Assembly: GCA_002633005.1 (NCBI GenBank)
Contig: NMRA01000331.1
Coordinates: forward strand, 404,267-468,266
Source: Phoronis australis
Lineage: Eukaryota > Animalia > Phoronida
DNA length: 64,000 nt
Reading direction: 5' to 3'
The notes under the pieces were generated by a model. It saw only the letters and a list, made by a program, of their open reading frames with translations, had not been told where the DNA came from and did not search any database. Positions 12,154-24,700 of the stretch are shown here, one piece after another. A program made the translations under genes and the position numbers. The stretch's first letter is position 1. Every line of letters starts with the position of its first letter.

Positions 12154-12822
12154 TGATGAATAGTGTTTGTAATGCTAGATGTTGTAAAGTATTGTACATT
12201 TTAAGTTACTTATTATGTTAAAAGTTTGCCTCATTTTGGGTTAAGGAATAAAAAGTTATAACATTTTGTATTGGACTTGTCATACTTATGTGCTCGAACG
12301 AGACCCCTATATGGAGAAATGGAAAAGGTCTGCCCTAGTCAGAGAGGCACGAATTCCGAAAAAAGTAGAAAATAAGACAATATTCCACTGGAAGACAGGA
12401 AGTACCAAAATTTAGCGTCTGCAATTCATAGCTCTGAACATACCCAGTGAACCTTATAGTAAAAGATAGACATTCCCAAAAATTCCAGCCCCCCATTCTA
12501 TTAGGCTTGGTGCGCTCATACAAAGTCTGGGCAAATCTCTATTGAAAGCCAACAACTTTGCATAGTTTGCCAGAAGTACCCAAGTTCTAAATAAACCTCG
12601 TTTGAGCGAGCGCTGTGGCCAGCGACCAGATAGGCCTAAGGGTAGCCTGGGCCCAAAGCTGTATTTTGACGATAGTCTTCACTGGTAGCTGGCACTGAGG
12701 CTAGCTAAGATCTGCCGCGGCAGTGTGACACAGGACTAACCAGCCCGTAATTACATGCAAGTGTCTGAAACTACCATTGAATATATGCTGCATTTATGAT
12801 TTGAACATTTTACTTCGACAAA

Positions 12823-13283
12823 ACAGCTTTCAACCGCATGCATTTACCGCTCGCCAGTGTCTGGTCTCGATACCCACCGGGTCCGATAGGCTGCGGTCCC
12901 GAGCCTGGCAAAATAATTTCTGTCAAAATTTATTCGCTACATTTCTTCACCAGATTCGATAAAGTTGTCCGAATTTTGATTTCATTAAAATTAAAGCACG
13001 CTGTCGATTATTTTATCCCCGTTTGCAAGCTGGTAACAAGCACTCGTCCATCCACACTGACGGCGTTTTTTTAGCCTGGGTTCCTGGATGAATTGTACTT
13101 ACGTGTTCGCGGCAAGGTCAAAATGGCGGTGGTTCTTCGGGTGCAAATCGTCAGTGGCGCGTTCATTTAAACTTTTTTCGAATACGGATCTTGTATTAGT
13201 TATGGGGTAAGTACGTCTTGGATCCTTATAACATCCTCTAACCATGTAATAAGGGTTAACAACGCGTGCGACCAGGTCTTTAA
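12823..13283. mobile_element. Same TTAA-ending element, copy 2 (direct orientation; extends further left)
   Basis: Direct repeat of 1-458 with scattered substitutions and small indels. Confidence 0.7.
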
Positions 13284-14306
13284 AAGCTCTACTATAAATG
13301 CTGATTTTGCATACACAAAATCACTTATCGCAACACGCTGGCAGCGTGTATGGATAACTGACTGTGCTTATAGACCGGCAGCCCAGAGCACTTAGCATAG
13401 ATGAACGAGGTACCAACATCTGACCACGGGAGCATTTAAAGTCCACCACAGTATGTACAGAAATGGCGTCTGCCGCTGTCTGCACTCTGGGTGTGACCCC
13501 TGGGGGCCTTACAAAGACCCCAAAAATGAGCTAGACTAGATATTTGAGGTACCAACCAAAACTGATTTAAAACGAACAATAGTACCGCACTGAACACCGA
13601 ATGACCCACGGCAGACAAATTGCACTCTGGAATGGGTTCAGCAGAAACCAAAAAAGGGCCTCCCCCCCAAAAAATGAGCTAGCTTATAAATACACAGCTT
13701 GACCACTAGAGGGCGCATATATCTCACTTACATAATCATGTCCAGCAGGGCACTCCTGTTACACCAGTCTTAACACAGAGAGCACACAACATTTTGGTGT
13801 CAGGGGTGGGCTCTCTGTATTGAGACTGGTTATAAGATCAGCTTTACCGGGCTACTCTCCATGGCGGTTGTCCGAATATATGCAATTGAGGTCACTACTC
13901 ACTGCTACACAATAGATCGCTACTCATAACGCAGGTATGACCAGAGTCCATCTTGACTTCAGCGGTGGGAAATTCGAAGTGACAACTGCAGCGACGGATG
14001 TCTCAGCTACACATCAGGTGGTGCTCTCTCCAAACCCAGCAGGTCACCGTCGCTCTCCGACAGTTAGGGTCGCTCTCCGTCAAGACTACGGTCGTGTGCC
14101 ACTCTAGTCACACGACACCACTGTCTCTAGCTGGTCAGTAGAGACCTTGAATCTCCTATATTAGCTTCATACGCCGGAATCTTTTCAGCAAATTATGCCT
14201 CACATCGATGAAAACATCAGTCATGTTGTAAATAAGTACCATGGGCAGAGTCAGGCTTAGGCTTACAATCTCATGTTTACAAAATGGATTACTATGCTCC
14301 TATATT

Positions 14307-14643
14307 AGCTCCATATGCCAGAGGGACACCTTAGGAGGCCGTGGATGTCTTTAATTCCTTCCAACTCGAACAAATACTCCCGTTACCAAACTTTTTCTTC
14401 AAGCAGTCCTTCATTCAGTTCCCAAAATCGGAAACTGGACAGTTTTACACAGCGCACGCCAGGGCAGGGATATGACGTCATACCACCTGCTGTGAGCAGT
14501 GTTAAAAATGTCCAGTTTTCGATGTTGGGAACTGAACAAAGGACTGCACGAAGGAAAAGTTTGATAAAGGGAGTATTTGTTTGAGTTGGAAGAAATTTAA
14601 GACATCAACAGACTCCTAAGGTGTCCCTCTGGCGTATGAAGCT
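14307..14643. mobile_element. MITE with 31-bp TIRs
   Basis: AGCTCCATATGCCAGAGGGACACCTTAGGAG (14307-14337) versus the reverse complement of 14613-14643, 2 mismatches. An extra copy of the left end lies at about 14153-14175. Confidence 0.85.
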
Positions 14644-16312
14644 CCTAGTAGTGCTCATAGTAATCTATTTTGTTAAGATAAGATTGTTTAAAAAATACAG
14701 AATACATCCTAGATTTGCCATAAAGTGTGAACTTGTCTTTTTTCTTTTAGTTAAAGCTCTACACAAAACAAGGAAGCTTAAAGTATCAAACCGACTGTGC
14801 GCCCAACAGTGGGTACTACCTAATACCTGTGTACGACAAAGGTGACTATGTCCTCAAGGTGGAGCCACCAGAAGGATGGGCTTTTGGTAAACATTTTTGT
14901 AACATTCTTTATTGATATGAGATGATTGAAATATTTTCGAGTTTGCTAGCATAGCCAGAAATATGCAATAGATGATGTGGTTCACTTACCTAAGTTTGTG
15001 AAAATTGTGGTCAACCAGAAAAAAATTTCAGTACGTGATACATTAGTTCATGCTCATCACAACTGAAAACACGAACATCATGGCAGAAGCTCACGAAAGC
15101 CAACAAATGTGCTGGAAGCGCATGGCAACTATAAATATACTTGCAGTTGCACTAGTCAGTTTGATCAGTTCTTGAGGCCTCATTTAAGGCAGTAAAGGTA
15201 TTTTTAATGATGTTGAAAAATTACTTGTTTTTACTGGTATGAAAAATCTTTGCTTTATAAATTACAAAAACTTTTTTAATAAGTGCACTGGCCATAACAT
15301 TCATCGCACACACATAGTTGTTGATTGATGTCATTGTTATAATTATATAGTTTTGTTCAAAAATGTCCTAGAAAAGAAAGGTAAAGGTATATTAATTATT
15401 TTTTAAAATTCTTATATGTGAATTTCGTAATTCTGTGGTAACCATCAATAACTAAGTCAAAACCTTGCACGTCTGTGTCACGCTGATGAAATGTTACGTG
15501 TTTTTTTGCAGAGCCTGAAAGTGTTGACCTTCACATTGATGGAACATCTGATAAATGCAGTGCAGGAGAGGATATAAACTTTCAGTTCATGGGATTTGGA
15601 GTCACTGGAAAGGTGTGTCCACATTGTAATTCTTAGCAACTGTAGTGTGATATCCATGTCATTAGTGATATTGATAGCTGTCCAGATGCACTACGTAAAG
15701 ATGGCTTGCTGTTTTGATATCACAAAAATCTGCCTTGTTTNGCGAGTTTGTTCTGAAATTGAGTTTTCTGGTATTGCAATAGTAAAAACTTGTAACGAAA
15801 TGAAACCATTTCTAATTGTTATGACATGTACGCAACCTCACAGTTGATTGAAGAACTTGGAAATTGGCTAATAGGTGACGCAATGGCGCCCAAAGAGCGT
15901 ATCGCAATTTCAGCATCATAATAACTGAAGAACGCCACTTTTCCAACACCTGGAAGAGCAAAAAATTTTTAATGAGGCATCATTAATTTTGGCGGCAACA
16001 GACCCGATGAATTATGTAAGCTAACTGAAGCCGGAGGGAGTGAAATTAAGCCGACGGAGTGACGTCATCCAGGCCATTGAGCCGACGGACTGACTTCACC
16101 AAGGCCAGTACGGAACTGGCCACCCTCCCTCCGCAAAAAAACGGCCCACGAGAAAAAAACAGAACACCTCCAATCCAAATAGGGGGCCGGTGCAATACCT
16201 GGGACTAAGGTGGCTCCGAAACGGGCACAACAAAGGTCTGTAGTGGAGTGGGGAAGACGGAGTTTGTGCAAACGATGCATTTTATATAATAGATTATAAG
16301 CAAAAATGTTAC

Positions 16313-17728
16313 CTGACTCAAAACGGACAAATTACAGAGATCTGGTTCCGAGCCAGAGTCGCACGTTACTTTGCTAAAGCTCCACGTGGCAATGGGTGAA
16401 CAGTACAGATCCCCACATAGACAATCAAAGTAACCGCATTGCCAACAACTGTCGACCAAAGGTGGAGTACACCCAACAGAAGGTGTGGGACTCTGGGAGA
16501 CAGGGCGAGAACAGAAAGACATGGAAGACTCTCGTCTGTCAGTATGCGTGTGATTTGAGCTCAAAGGACATCTGTTGTGCTTTCTAAGACATTTAGAACA
16601 TCTCCCTTTGGGTGGTGGTCTCTCTGGAGAAAGGCGTTGGGCTCCTAAATGTTTCAAGTTTGTCTCTTCCTCTAAATTTAAATTTAAGTGTGAAATATCA
16701 CTAAAGCTTGACATCAAGAAGTTTTCATCTGTTTGTCTAATCTTTGAAACTGGATTTCCATAAGCATCGATTTCCATCAGTTTCATTGAATTGTCACAAA
16801 ACATTGCAATATCTGCCGCCAGTGACAAGATCTGACTAGATTGTTTTTGGCGTTCATTGTTTTTTGACTTCAATTCCAATTTGTTTTGAACAGCCCTGGC
16901 AAGAACTTTGTTGTTGAACACTTGACTTTTTCTCACGTGTTTACAACGCCAACAGTTCATCACGCTACATGTGATGGAAGACAAGTTTGATTCAGACGAA
17001 GCCCGCTGTCGTAGTAATGTTGCCATGGATAAAGGAGAATGATGTAAGGATTTGTGATATGGCGAAACAGGGGTTGACAACACATCAACACTGTCGGCTG
17101 TGAAGTCAGTATAACCTTCTGAGCTACTGGTTGAAATTTGACTTGAAACACTGGAAGTCATTATGTCTGCTAGTTCACTTGTAGTGCTCTCCATGGAACA
17201 CTCCATGGGCTCTTCGCTGGCTACAGTTGGCAGCCAAGAACTAAGACATGGTGGTGTTGATGAGCATCTAGGCACTGGTGACAACTGGGGTGACCATAAG
17301 GCACTTTCAGGAGCTGCAACACTCAGCGACAACACAGAGTGGGCACCCAAACTATGACACCGATGATGGGGAAAGAAAGTTTCATCCCACTGCCAACTGT
17401 TAGGAGTGTTGGGACGTGTCGAACATGTGCTTTTAACACTCCCAAATTCTTCAAGGGACTTTGAAAGACTTTCTGTAGGTTCCAATGTGACCTCCTCCAT
17501 CTTCGACTCGTCAGCGAGAAATACTTCATGGATAGTGCCACAGAGCCAACACCTCTGTGAACTCCAAGTCAAAGTAGGCAGTTTGCAAGGACACCGTCTT
17601 CTGTTTCTGGAAAGAAGCCTCTGTGTGTACAAGGTACTGCTGTGCCGTCTTGGTGGGTTACTGGATCTAGATGAGTCTACCAACGAAACAAGCTTTTTGC
17701 TAGCCGTATAGCTGATAGGCAGAGACAT
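16313..17728 (-). CDS. Large Ser/Thr/Pro-rich exon (472 aa) with CxxC motifs; probable alternative CH1-less first exon of the spectraplakin
   Basis: 507-codon ORF (16205-17728) in AT-rich DNA. In-frame donor CAG|gtaaca after ...NLSVLSQ (codon 472), the same phase as the end of the last CH1 exon; the ORF tail beyond the donor is intron-like. Confidence 0.65.
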
Positions 17729-19054
17729 ACTGAACTGGCTACTTAAGAACCATCAATGTTCCATTGGAAACACTGTTAAATTGTTTGTAAACGTTCACTG
17801 CCACATTTAGCACTGCACTACTGCCAGGTTCCACAGTCCATTCATTAACAAACCTTTTCCCTTGAGTATTAGCAGATTAATTCTATTTGTCCACACAGCT
17901 TCACATAACTGAGAATCTCCAAGAACAGATCGGAGGGACAGATCAATTTCGCTGCATATTATTAATGCAGCAGACAACTCAAAATACCTCCACTATACAA
18001 CAATTAGGTTAAAAACACCAGATTAGATGCCAGTCCATATCAACAAAGATTACAACAGACATGTGCAATTAAGTGGGTTTTCAAGTGGCTTGAACAGTGC
18101 TGCTGAGGATCTAAAATTCTGCACTGGGAGTATGTGCATACAGACTGCAGTCATGATGAAGGTTGTTACAGTCAAAATATCAATCAATCCAGCTGGCATG
18201 CCACACAGAATAATACTCCACAATATGCAGACACCATGATCATGTTCAGAAGATGGACACAGTTACCAAGGATTAAATGACTCAAACAATTGCAATCCTA
18301 CACTTGTCCAAACAACACTCTCCCTGGATATAATAGACCAATAAATACAAGCTGTCAATGACTGAAACATATTTCATGCAGCATGAACTACAGTGGGAAA
18401 AGTACATTTCTTGCTACATACATCCACTAAGATATTCGAACAAAGGTCCAGAGGATGACACATTATGGCTTGCAAACTTATGGTAAATTCTGATTCAAAA
18501 CACAACACAGAAATTTTTCATCACTGACTCTCCACTGAATAAGTGATTACAACACAAAAGTAATGGGTAGCCAAAATACAAGACTGCCAGGGAAATATAG
18601 ACAGCAAACAGCGCATTCCAAATGACAATCTTTTTACTTGACTAAGCGTCAGGTATTGACATAGTCTACATTGATATGATGGTAAAGGTTCAGAATCAAC
18701 AGTCATGCAATCTATATCCAGGTGACCAAGATGGCACACCTGGCAATAGTAGAGAATAAATGCTAATATGCAGCTTTGGCAATTGTCAAGAGAACCTGGA
18801 TAACCAGAATCAAGTGCCTACAGTACATCATATATGATACGATTCTAAGGGCCACTAGGAGGTGCTGTATTAGTAGACTTAGCCAGATAATCAAACGGTG
18901 GCAGCACATTGTCATCACATACCATTGAGTAAAAGTTTCACTGAAATCTGTTTATCAGTTCTATTATATAATCCGGAAATGCTCTACACTAAACACTTGA
19001 AAAGTCTATTTCCAGAACAAAATGATGCCGGCATTTAGTCATCATATATAACTA

Positions 19055-20621
19055 CCATATTTGCCCTAATAAGCACCCAGAGCGCTTAGAAAAATTTGCT
19101 TCAGGAAGGGGGCACTTATAGACCAAAAGTGGTTGAAACCCAGTCTCTGAAACAGGTGATATCATCAGCTAGAATTCATCAAATTTACGCTCTATGACGC
19201 ATCTGTAACCATTGGTATCAAACTTTGTTGTTAAATTACGAGCATTTTTCAGAAAACCCCAGTGAGAAAACTCGCCGACTGGTGCGTCGCTGCCTCGCCA
19301 TCGCCAATAAGTCAACTTGAATTCTTGAGTAAAAATATAGTTTCAACTCAACAAATTACCTGAAGTCCTCCTCAAGTTTTCAAAATAGCAATTTTTAAGT
19401 TCCTGTAGAGCCGGGATTAACTGTATATTAAGTCTGCTCTAGATCATACTCCGCAACACGAGAAAATAAATCTCAAGAGGAACACACATGTTGTTGTCAC
19501 ATGTTTCTTTTGAAGTTCGTCTGCATATGGTGTGAGAGCGAGAAAGTGCATGTCATCAGAGTTCATTTGCCAGAGTAAACACAATGTAACGATCTAGGTG
19601 TGCATTTTAATCGACAATTGTCTCGGTAAGGCCAATGTCACTGAGTCCCCGGGTGACTGGATGCATGACAGTTTAACAGTTATTTTCAGGGGGTGTAAGG
19701 GTGCAGAAGTGTTCACTATCAGTGGGTTATTTTGACTTTAAAAACATCAATTACTACTAATTTAATAATTCCCCTTAAACATAACGCAAAGGTTTTTATG
19801 GTATTAAAAACTTTCAGAAATAAGTGCCAAGACTAATCTTCAATGACAGATTCTTGAATGTAGCGTGCGCTTCCTAGCCACGTGCTTTTAAATGAACAAA
19901 GGTCAAGTCTTTTATTAGTCTTTGATTCGCGGTTTTCACAATACAATCCCTTTGAGAAATACGCTGCATCTGTTCTGAAAGGCCAGACCATAATAGGACA
20001 TGTCCCTCGCAAGATCAGCAAAACTTTTTGAAGCACGGCAGAAGTTTGAAGTGTATAGTCATGGCTAAATACGGACATAGCGGCGAGGCTCCTGCTCTAC
20101 AAATTCCCCACAAAATGATTTTTTCAGGACTGTCGGATATTATTGATAAATTGATGACGTTACTGTTGAATTTTAGGACTGTAGGTAAGGCAATTTTCGC
20201 ACGTACACGTTCATGGACTGGGCGCTTATTTTAGCAGTTTGAAAACGCGTGGGGGGGCGCTTATAGGGGCATGGGCGGTTATTACGGCGAATATGTTAAC
20301 TAGGAACATTACATAGTACTACTGATTAAATTACCATTTTTACACAACTTTGCCTTTATATTAAAGTACTAATAAATTAGTGCATAATCCTCGATCAGAA
20401 CCCAGGAGTCCAAACTTAAACCTGAATAAATATCTGTGGATGGTAGAATGTATGGAACCTATCTTATTGATAAATTGAAGATTTTACTGTAGAATTTTAG
20501 AACTGTAGGTAAGGCATTTTTCGCATGTACATATTCATGGGCTAGGCGCTTATTTTAGCAAAGTCTGAAAACGTGTGGTGGGCACTTATAGGGGCATGGA
20601 TGCTTATTAGGGCGAATACGG
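19055..20621 (+). mobile_element. TA-flanked Tc1/mariner-pogo-type non-autonomous element with a duplicated right end, carrying a HIRAN-like remnant
   Basis: Left TA|CCATATTTGCCCTAATAAGCACCC; right ends GGGCGGTTATTACGGCGAATATGT|TA (20296) and GGATGCTTATTAGGGCGAATACGG (20621). Confidence 0.8.
19892..20177 (+). pseudogene. Decayed HIRAN-like domain ORF inside the TIR element
   Basis: MNKGQVFY*SLIRGFH / NPFEKYAASVLKGQTIIGHVPRKISKTF / LKHGRSLKCIVMAKYGHSGEAPALQIPHKMIFSGLSDIIDKLMTLL: one stop, a deletion and frameshifts. Matches my recollection of the S.(V/I)RG(Y/F)H, N..D..A..V, GHVPR.IS and LEIP pattern of HIRAN-like domains. Confidence 0.65.
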
Positions 20622-20689
20622 TGTTTTCACAATAATGTACCAACCAATTTATCTCGGTGCCTATTACTTGTTCGAAATAGCCACCAAGA

Positions 20690-21160
20690 TTTTCTTCTTC
20701 AAACAATTTTGTAGTGCCTAGACACAGAACTTTGTTTTGCTCTAAGTCCTTTTTTATTCAGGCCATTCAACGACTTACCAAATAGTCTAAAGGAGGCTGA
20801 TGTTTGTGATTACTTCAGACACAAACTCATCTGATGTTACGTGTGGATGTGGCCATCATAGCTGTCCCTCATTTCGTCACTTCATTGTATATACCATATA
20901 AAAGTTTCATTTAATTTATTTAAGTTATTCAATTTAGTTACTTATTTTTTAATTCAATTTGGAAATTCAATTTACAAAATATTCATTTTAATTTGATTTT
21001 ACTTAATTTAATCTATTTACCTTTATTTAATTTATTTTTTGCTGTGAGAAGACCATGCTGTATATTAGCCTTTGGCTAAAGCTTGTTTTTAATATCTATT
21101 GTATTTTATCCTCAATAAATAAAGTTTAATATTATTATTATCATTATTAATATTATTATA
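20690..21160 (+). mobile_element. 3' end of a CR1/L2-like LINE with 3' UTR and (ATT)n tail
   Basis: PRHRTLFCSKSFLFR..FNDLPNSLKEADVCDYFRHKL-like C-terminus, AT-rich UTR, AATAAA and (TAT)n tail at 21115-21160. Confidence 0.6.
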
Positions 21161-21670
21161 AATGGCCACTAGGTGTTACGGTACTCAACTCCACTCGAAA
21201 TTTTAAACGTATCAGCGTATCGATATCACACACCTTTGTGTCAAGTTTTAAAATCCCTCAATTCGTTCTCTAGATATCATTCAGAAATGCTCTCACACAA
21301 AATGACCAATAGGAGGTACTGCAGTAGTCGAATCTGGCCGAAAATCAAATGATGCTGCTGTAATCCTATAATATACCCCTGTATCAAATTTCAATGTATT
21401 TCGCCCATCAGTTTTCTAGACATCATCCGAAAACACTCTACTCCCGAAAACAACCCTTGAAAAGTCCCTCGTAGAACCAAATGGCCACTAGGTGCTACAG
21501 TGGTCGAGTTCGCCCCAAAAATTAAATCATGCCAATGCATCGATATCACACACCTTTGAGTCAAGTTTAATTGAAATCCATCGATATGTTCTGTAGATAT
21601 CATCCGGAAACACCCTTCCCCCAAAAATACAGAAAAAACCATGCTCCCCTGACCTCAGGGGGCAGGGCAG
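21161..21670 (+). mobile_element. Helentron-associated (HINE)-like remnant with ~150-bp CCACTAGG-containing repeats and a 3' hairpin
   Basis: Units starting AAATGGCCACTAGGTG at about 21160 and 21480, with a variant at 21300; 3' stem-loop tgctcccctga-cc-tcagggggcagggca. Confidence 0.55.
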
Positions 21671-21675
21671 AATAC

Positions 21676-21678
21676 GCG

Positions 21679-21724
<46 letters not shown>

Positions 21725-21778
21725 CACACACACAAGCACGCACATGCACACACACACACAAGCACGTATGCACACACA
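21676..21778. repeat. (CG)n-(CA)n microsatellite
   Basis: Direct reading. Confidence 0.95.
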
Positions 21779-24700
21779 TTACACAATTATTTTCCTTCTC
21801 AAGAGCAAGATTTTTCTTTGTTTTTGAAAATGCCAATTCTAATCAAGGTAAAACAATTTTAAAGTCACCTATCTGGATATCAAAATCGTAGTCACTGACA
21901 CTATTTTGTCAGTCAATGTATGAAATTTTACAAGGAGTCACAGAAAGACAGGCACTCCAATGTATTAACTGCAGATGGTCCCACCAGGTGTCTTCACATT
22001 CCAAAATGATTCACTGATTACCAGAAATGTTTGACAGATGAAGACACAGGGAGTCACTATGGGTGAAACAAGGAGAAACAGAAAACAGCAAATAATTTGC
22101 TGAGCAATTGGTAAAAATGCAGATTAAGAGTTTAATGGAGAACACTGTTCTCCCCACATGTGGGGAAAGTCCTGAGTCATGTTGGGAAATAAAAGTTTTG
22201 AGTTACCTTGGGTAAGCCTGGTTTGTTCTGCTTTAGAAAGAGGTAGAAATAATTTTGCTTAGAAATATTCGTTGTTGTAATAAAAAGCATTGTAATATGC
22301 CCAGCAATTGAAAAAACTGCCACAGTAGTTATTTAGGCCAACTAGCAGAAAGGGAGATTGGGATAAGAACATAACACACGCTTAGAATTTTTGGCCTCAG
22401 GAGAACCCTGAGCTGAGACCATAAAAACATAGCCATGCAGGTTAGACAAGTTCATTACAATTAGTCCAAAAAGTGCCTCCACAGCCAAGTGGATGAATGC
22501 CACATTGCTCTCCCCTGATTCAGAATACGGTACACATCAGACCAATAGCATGAATAGCACAAATGATCAAAAAGACTTTGTTTCTGTAGGAAAGCATGTG
22601 TCCCCAGTGTGCAACCAAATTTGGAAGTTAACGACTTTCATGTAAAAAATACATAACCAAAATAAGAAGATAACCTAGAAATCTGCAATACCATTTTTAA
22701 GACTTCATCTTTTTGGAAAATTTTAACAATAAAAGACATGGTCACATGACCCACTAACGCTAGGTTGACTTTGAATAAAAATGGAATTCTACTGGCTTCC
22801 TACTTTTAGAAAACATATACATTGACTGTTAAATTACAGTTTCATAGACATTTGGTTAAATCCCTATAGACTTATTAACAATGTCCCATATAGCTTAAAA
22901 ATGTGAGGTCATATATCACAACAATTGAAAGTCATTGTGTATTGTTGTTAAGCATTAGTAATGTTGAAAGGTTTTTTATTATAAATCCTCTTGGTTGAAA
23001 AACTGACATTTGATTTACATCACTTCCCATAACACCATGCATCCTAAATGGCAAACACATATGGTGTGCTTATTCTTTCCAACATTTCTAAACACCAGAG
23101 TGAACTTGAAATTCAGTCAGTGCTAATAAACAAAAATCGGCATATGCAGTTCTCCTTTAAATGTTTTTACAACATTAGCACATTAAAGAAGTTTCAGTAA
23201 GTCAAAAAGCAATCCTAGTAGATATCGTGATTGACACAAAACTGAAATTGTAACTAGGGGAACTGCTGCAGTTGGATCCCTCCAATAACCAAGGCAGTCA
23301 TATTTCGCTTTACTACTAACATCGCAATTTCCATTTTAAGGAATTTCAATCAGTGGAAACTAAGCGTAAATCCCGAAAGTTTGCAAACATATCAAATAGT
23401 GAAAAAGCATGGTAATCTATTGAGACATGGAGAAATCCGAGGAAAGATGCATCGATTTCTTGGGCATAATAAGTCATATCGACCTGACAGGAGATCAATT
23501 ATGCTCTCCCTCAATCTATCGTATACTCCTGGGTAAATGCCCATGCCTGGGTAAACATCCACCCCTGACTTTTGCCAAATTTCGATGCATGAGTCCACTG
23601 TTCGGGTAATCTTCCATCCCCCACTTTGCACAAATTTCTGCTTCATGAGTAATTGCCCATTCCTAATTTACCGCTAACAGAACTTGAGCTTCAACTCGTG
23701 CTTTTATTTACTACTTTGCCTCTGGCTCAGNTACATAATCTGGCCAAACAAGGGACTGGAGACTATTAAATATGAATGATTTAATGCTGAGCAAGCCACT
23801 ACAATATCTAATCCTTCACTAATCTATTCATTCATGTCCTTGAGGCTTTGATTATGATGTCACTCAGTACAATAGAGCAGCAACCATTACAGGCTGTTGT
23901 TGATCACACTTTTTGGTCAAGTTAGCCAGAAGATTGAGGGTGGCTTCACCCTAGCTGCTCCAATAACTTTCATTGTTCATTATAACCATAGTTTACTTTG
24001 CCACAGAATAATAAAAAATGTAGTCATATCAAAAGTGTTCAATATCAAATAACACCGCCACTTCTGTCCTCCAAATGGCTGAAAAGCTGTAAGGTAACTT
24101 CTCATATATGTGCAGGAAATCGGAAACTATGCATCTATCGGATAGCTATACCAAAGTTAACCTCGAGGTTGACTAACATCTTATAACGTTGTCTAGGCTT
24201 GCGCTAGCCACTTGCTATTAGCAAATTCTGAGCAGCACTGGCTATGGCAGAGCTAAGTTTGTTTGCCAACCGGCAAATGCTTTCCCAACTTGACAATGAA
24301 AATTAATTTCGGGAAACCTATTCGCGTGTCGAATCACAGTCGCGCCAAAACGACTCTCTTACTTCGATTCTGAGTCCTAAAAATAGCAAGCGAGTGTTCA
24401 ATTTCATGTCCATCACTCGTACTGAAATCACTCTTTTACCGCAACAAAATGTTCAACTGTGTAAGGGGGCTAGGAGTCTTGGTAATGCCGATTTCTTGCT
24501 TCATAGCGAGACCTCGTATAGGTGCTGCCGCTAGTTGTCTGCAAGTGACAATGTCAACGACTACTAGAAGACTATTTTTTTGACAAACCTGACCCAATCT
24601 CTCAATAATTTTTCACACGCACAATGTGATGTGAGCCAGTTTGACAGCATTAAATTACGCAGCAGATAAAACCAGCCTGAGTTGAGCCAACTCAAACATG

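Noticed and set aside
16205-16312. C-terminal 35 codons of the 507-aa ORF
   Set aside because: Lies after an in-frame GT donor and has intron-like composition; likely read-through into the intron.
21527-21891. VCVC/HTHT-rich ORFs
   Set aside because: Translations of the (CA)n microsatellite.
22207-22290. 28-codon ATG-initiated minus-strand ORF ending at a phase-0 donor AAG|gtaact (possible extra first exon)
   Set aside because: Short, AT-rich and without recognisable features; expected by chance in this much intron.
15741-23731. Single ambiguous bases (n) at 15741 and 23731
   Set aside because: Assembly ambiguity in non-coding sequence; no biological inference.
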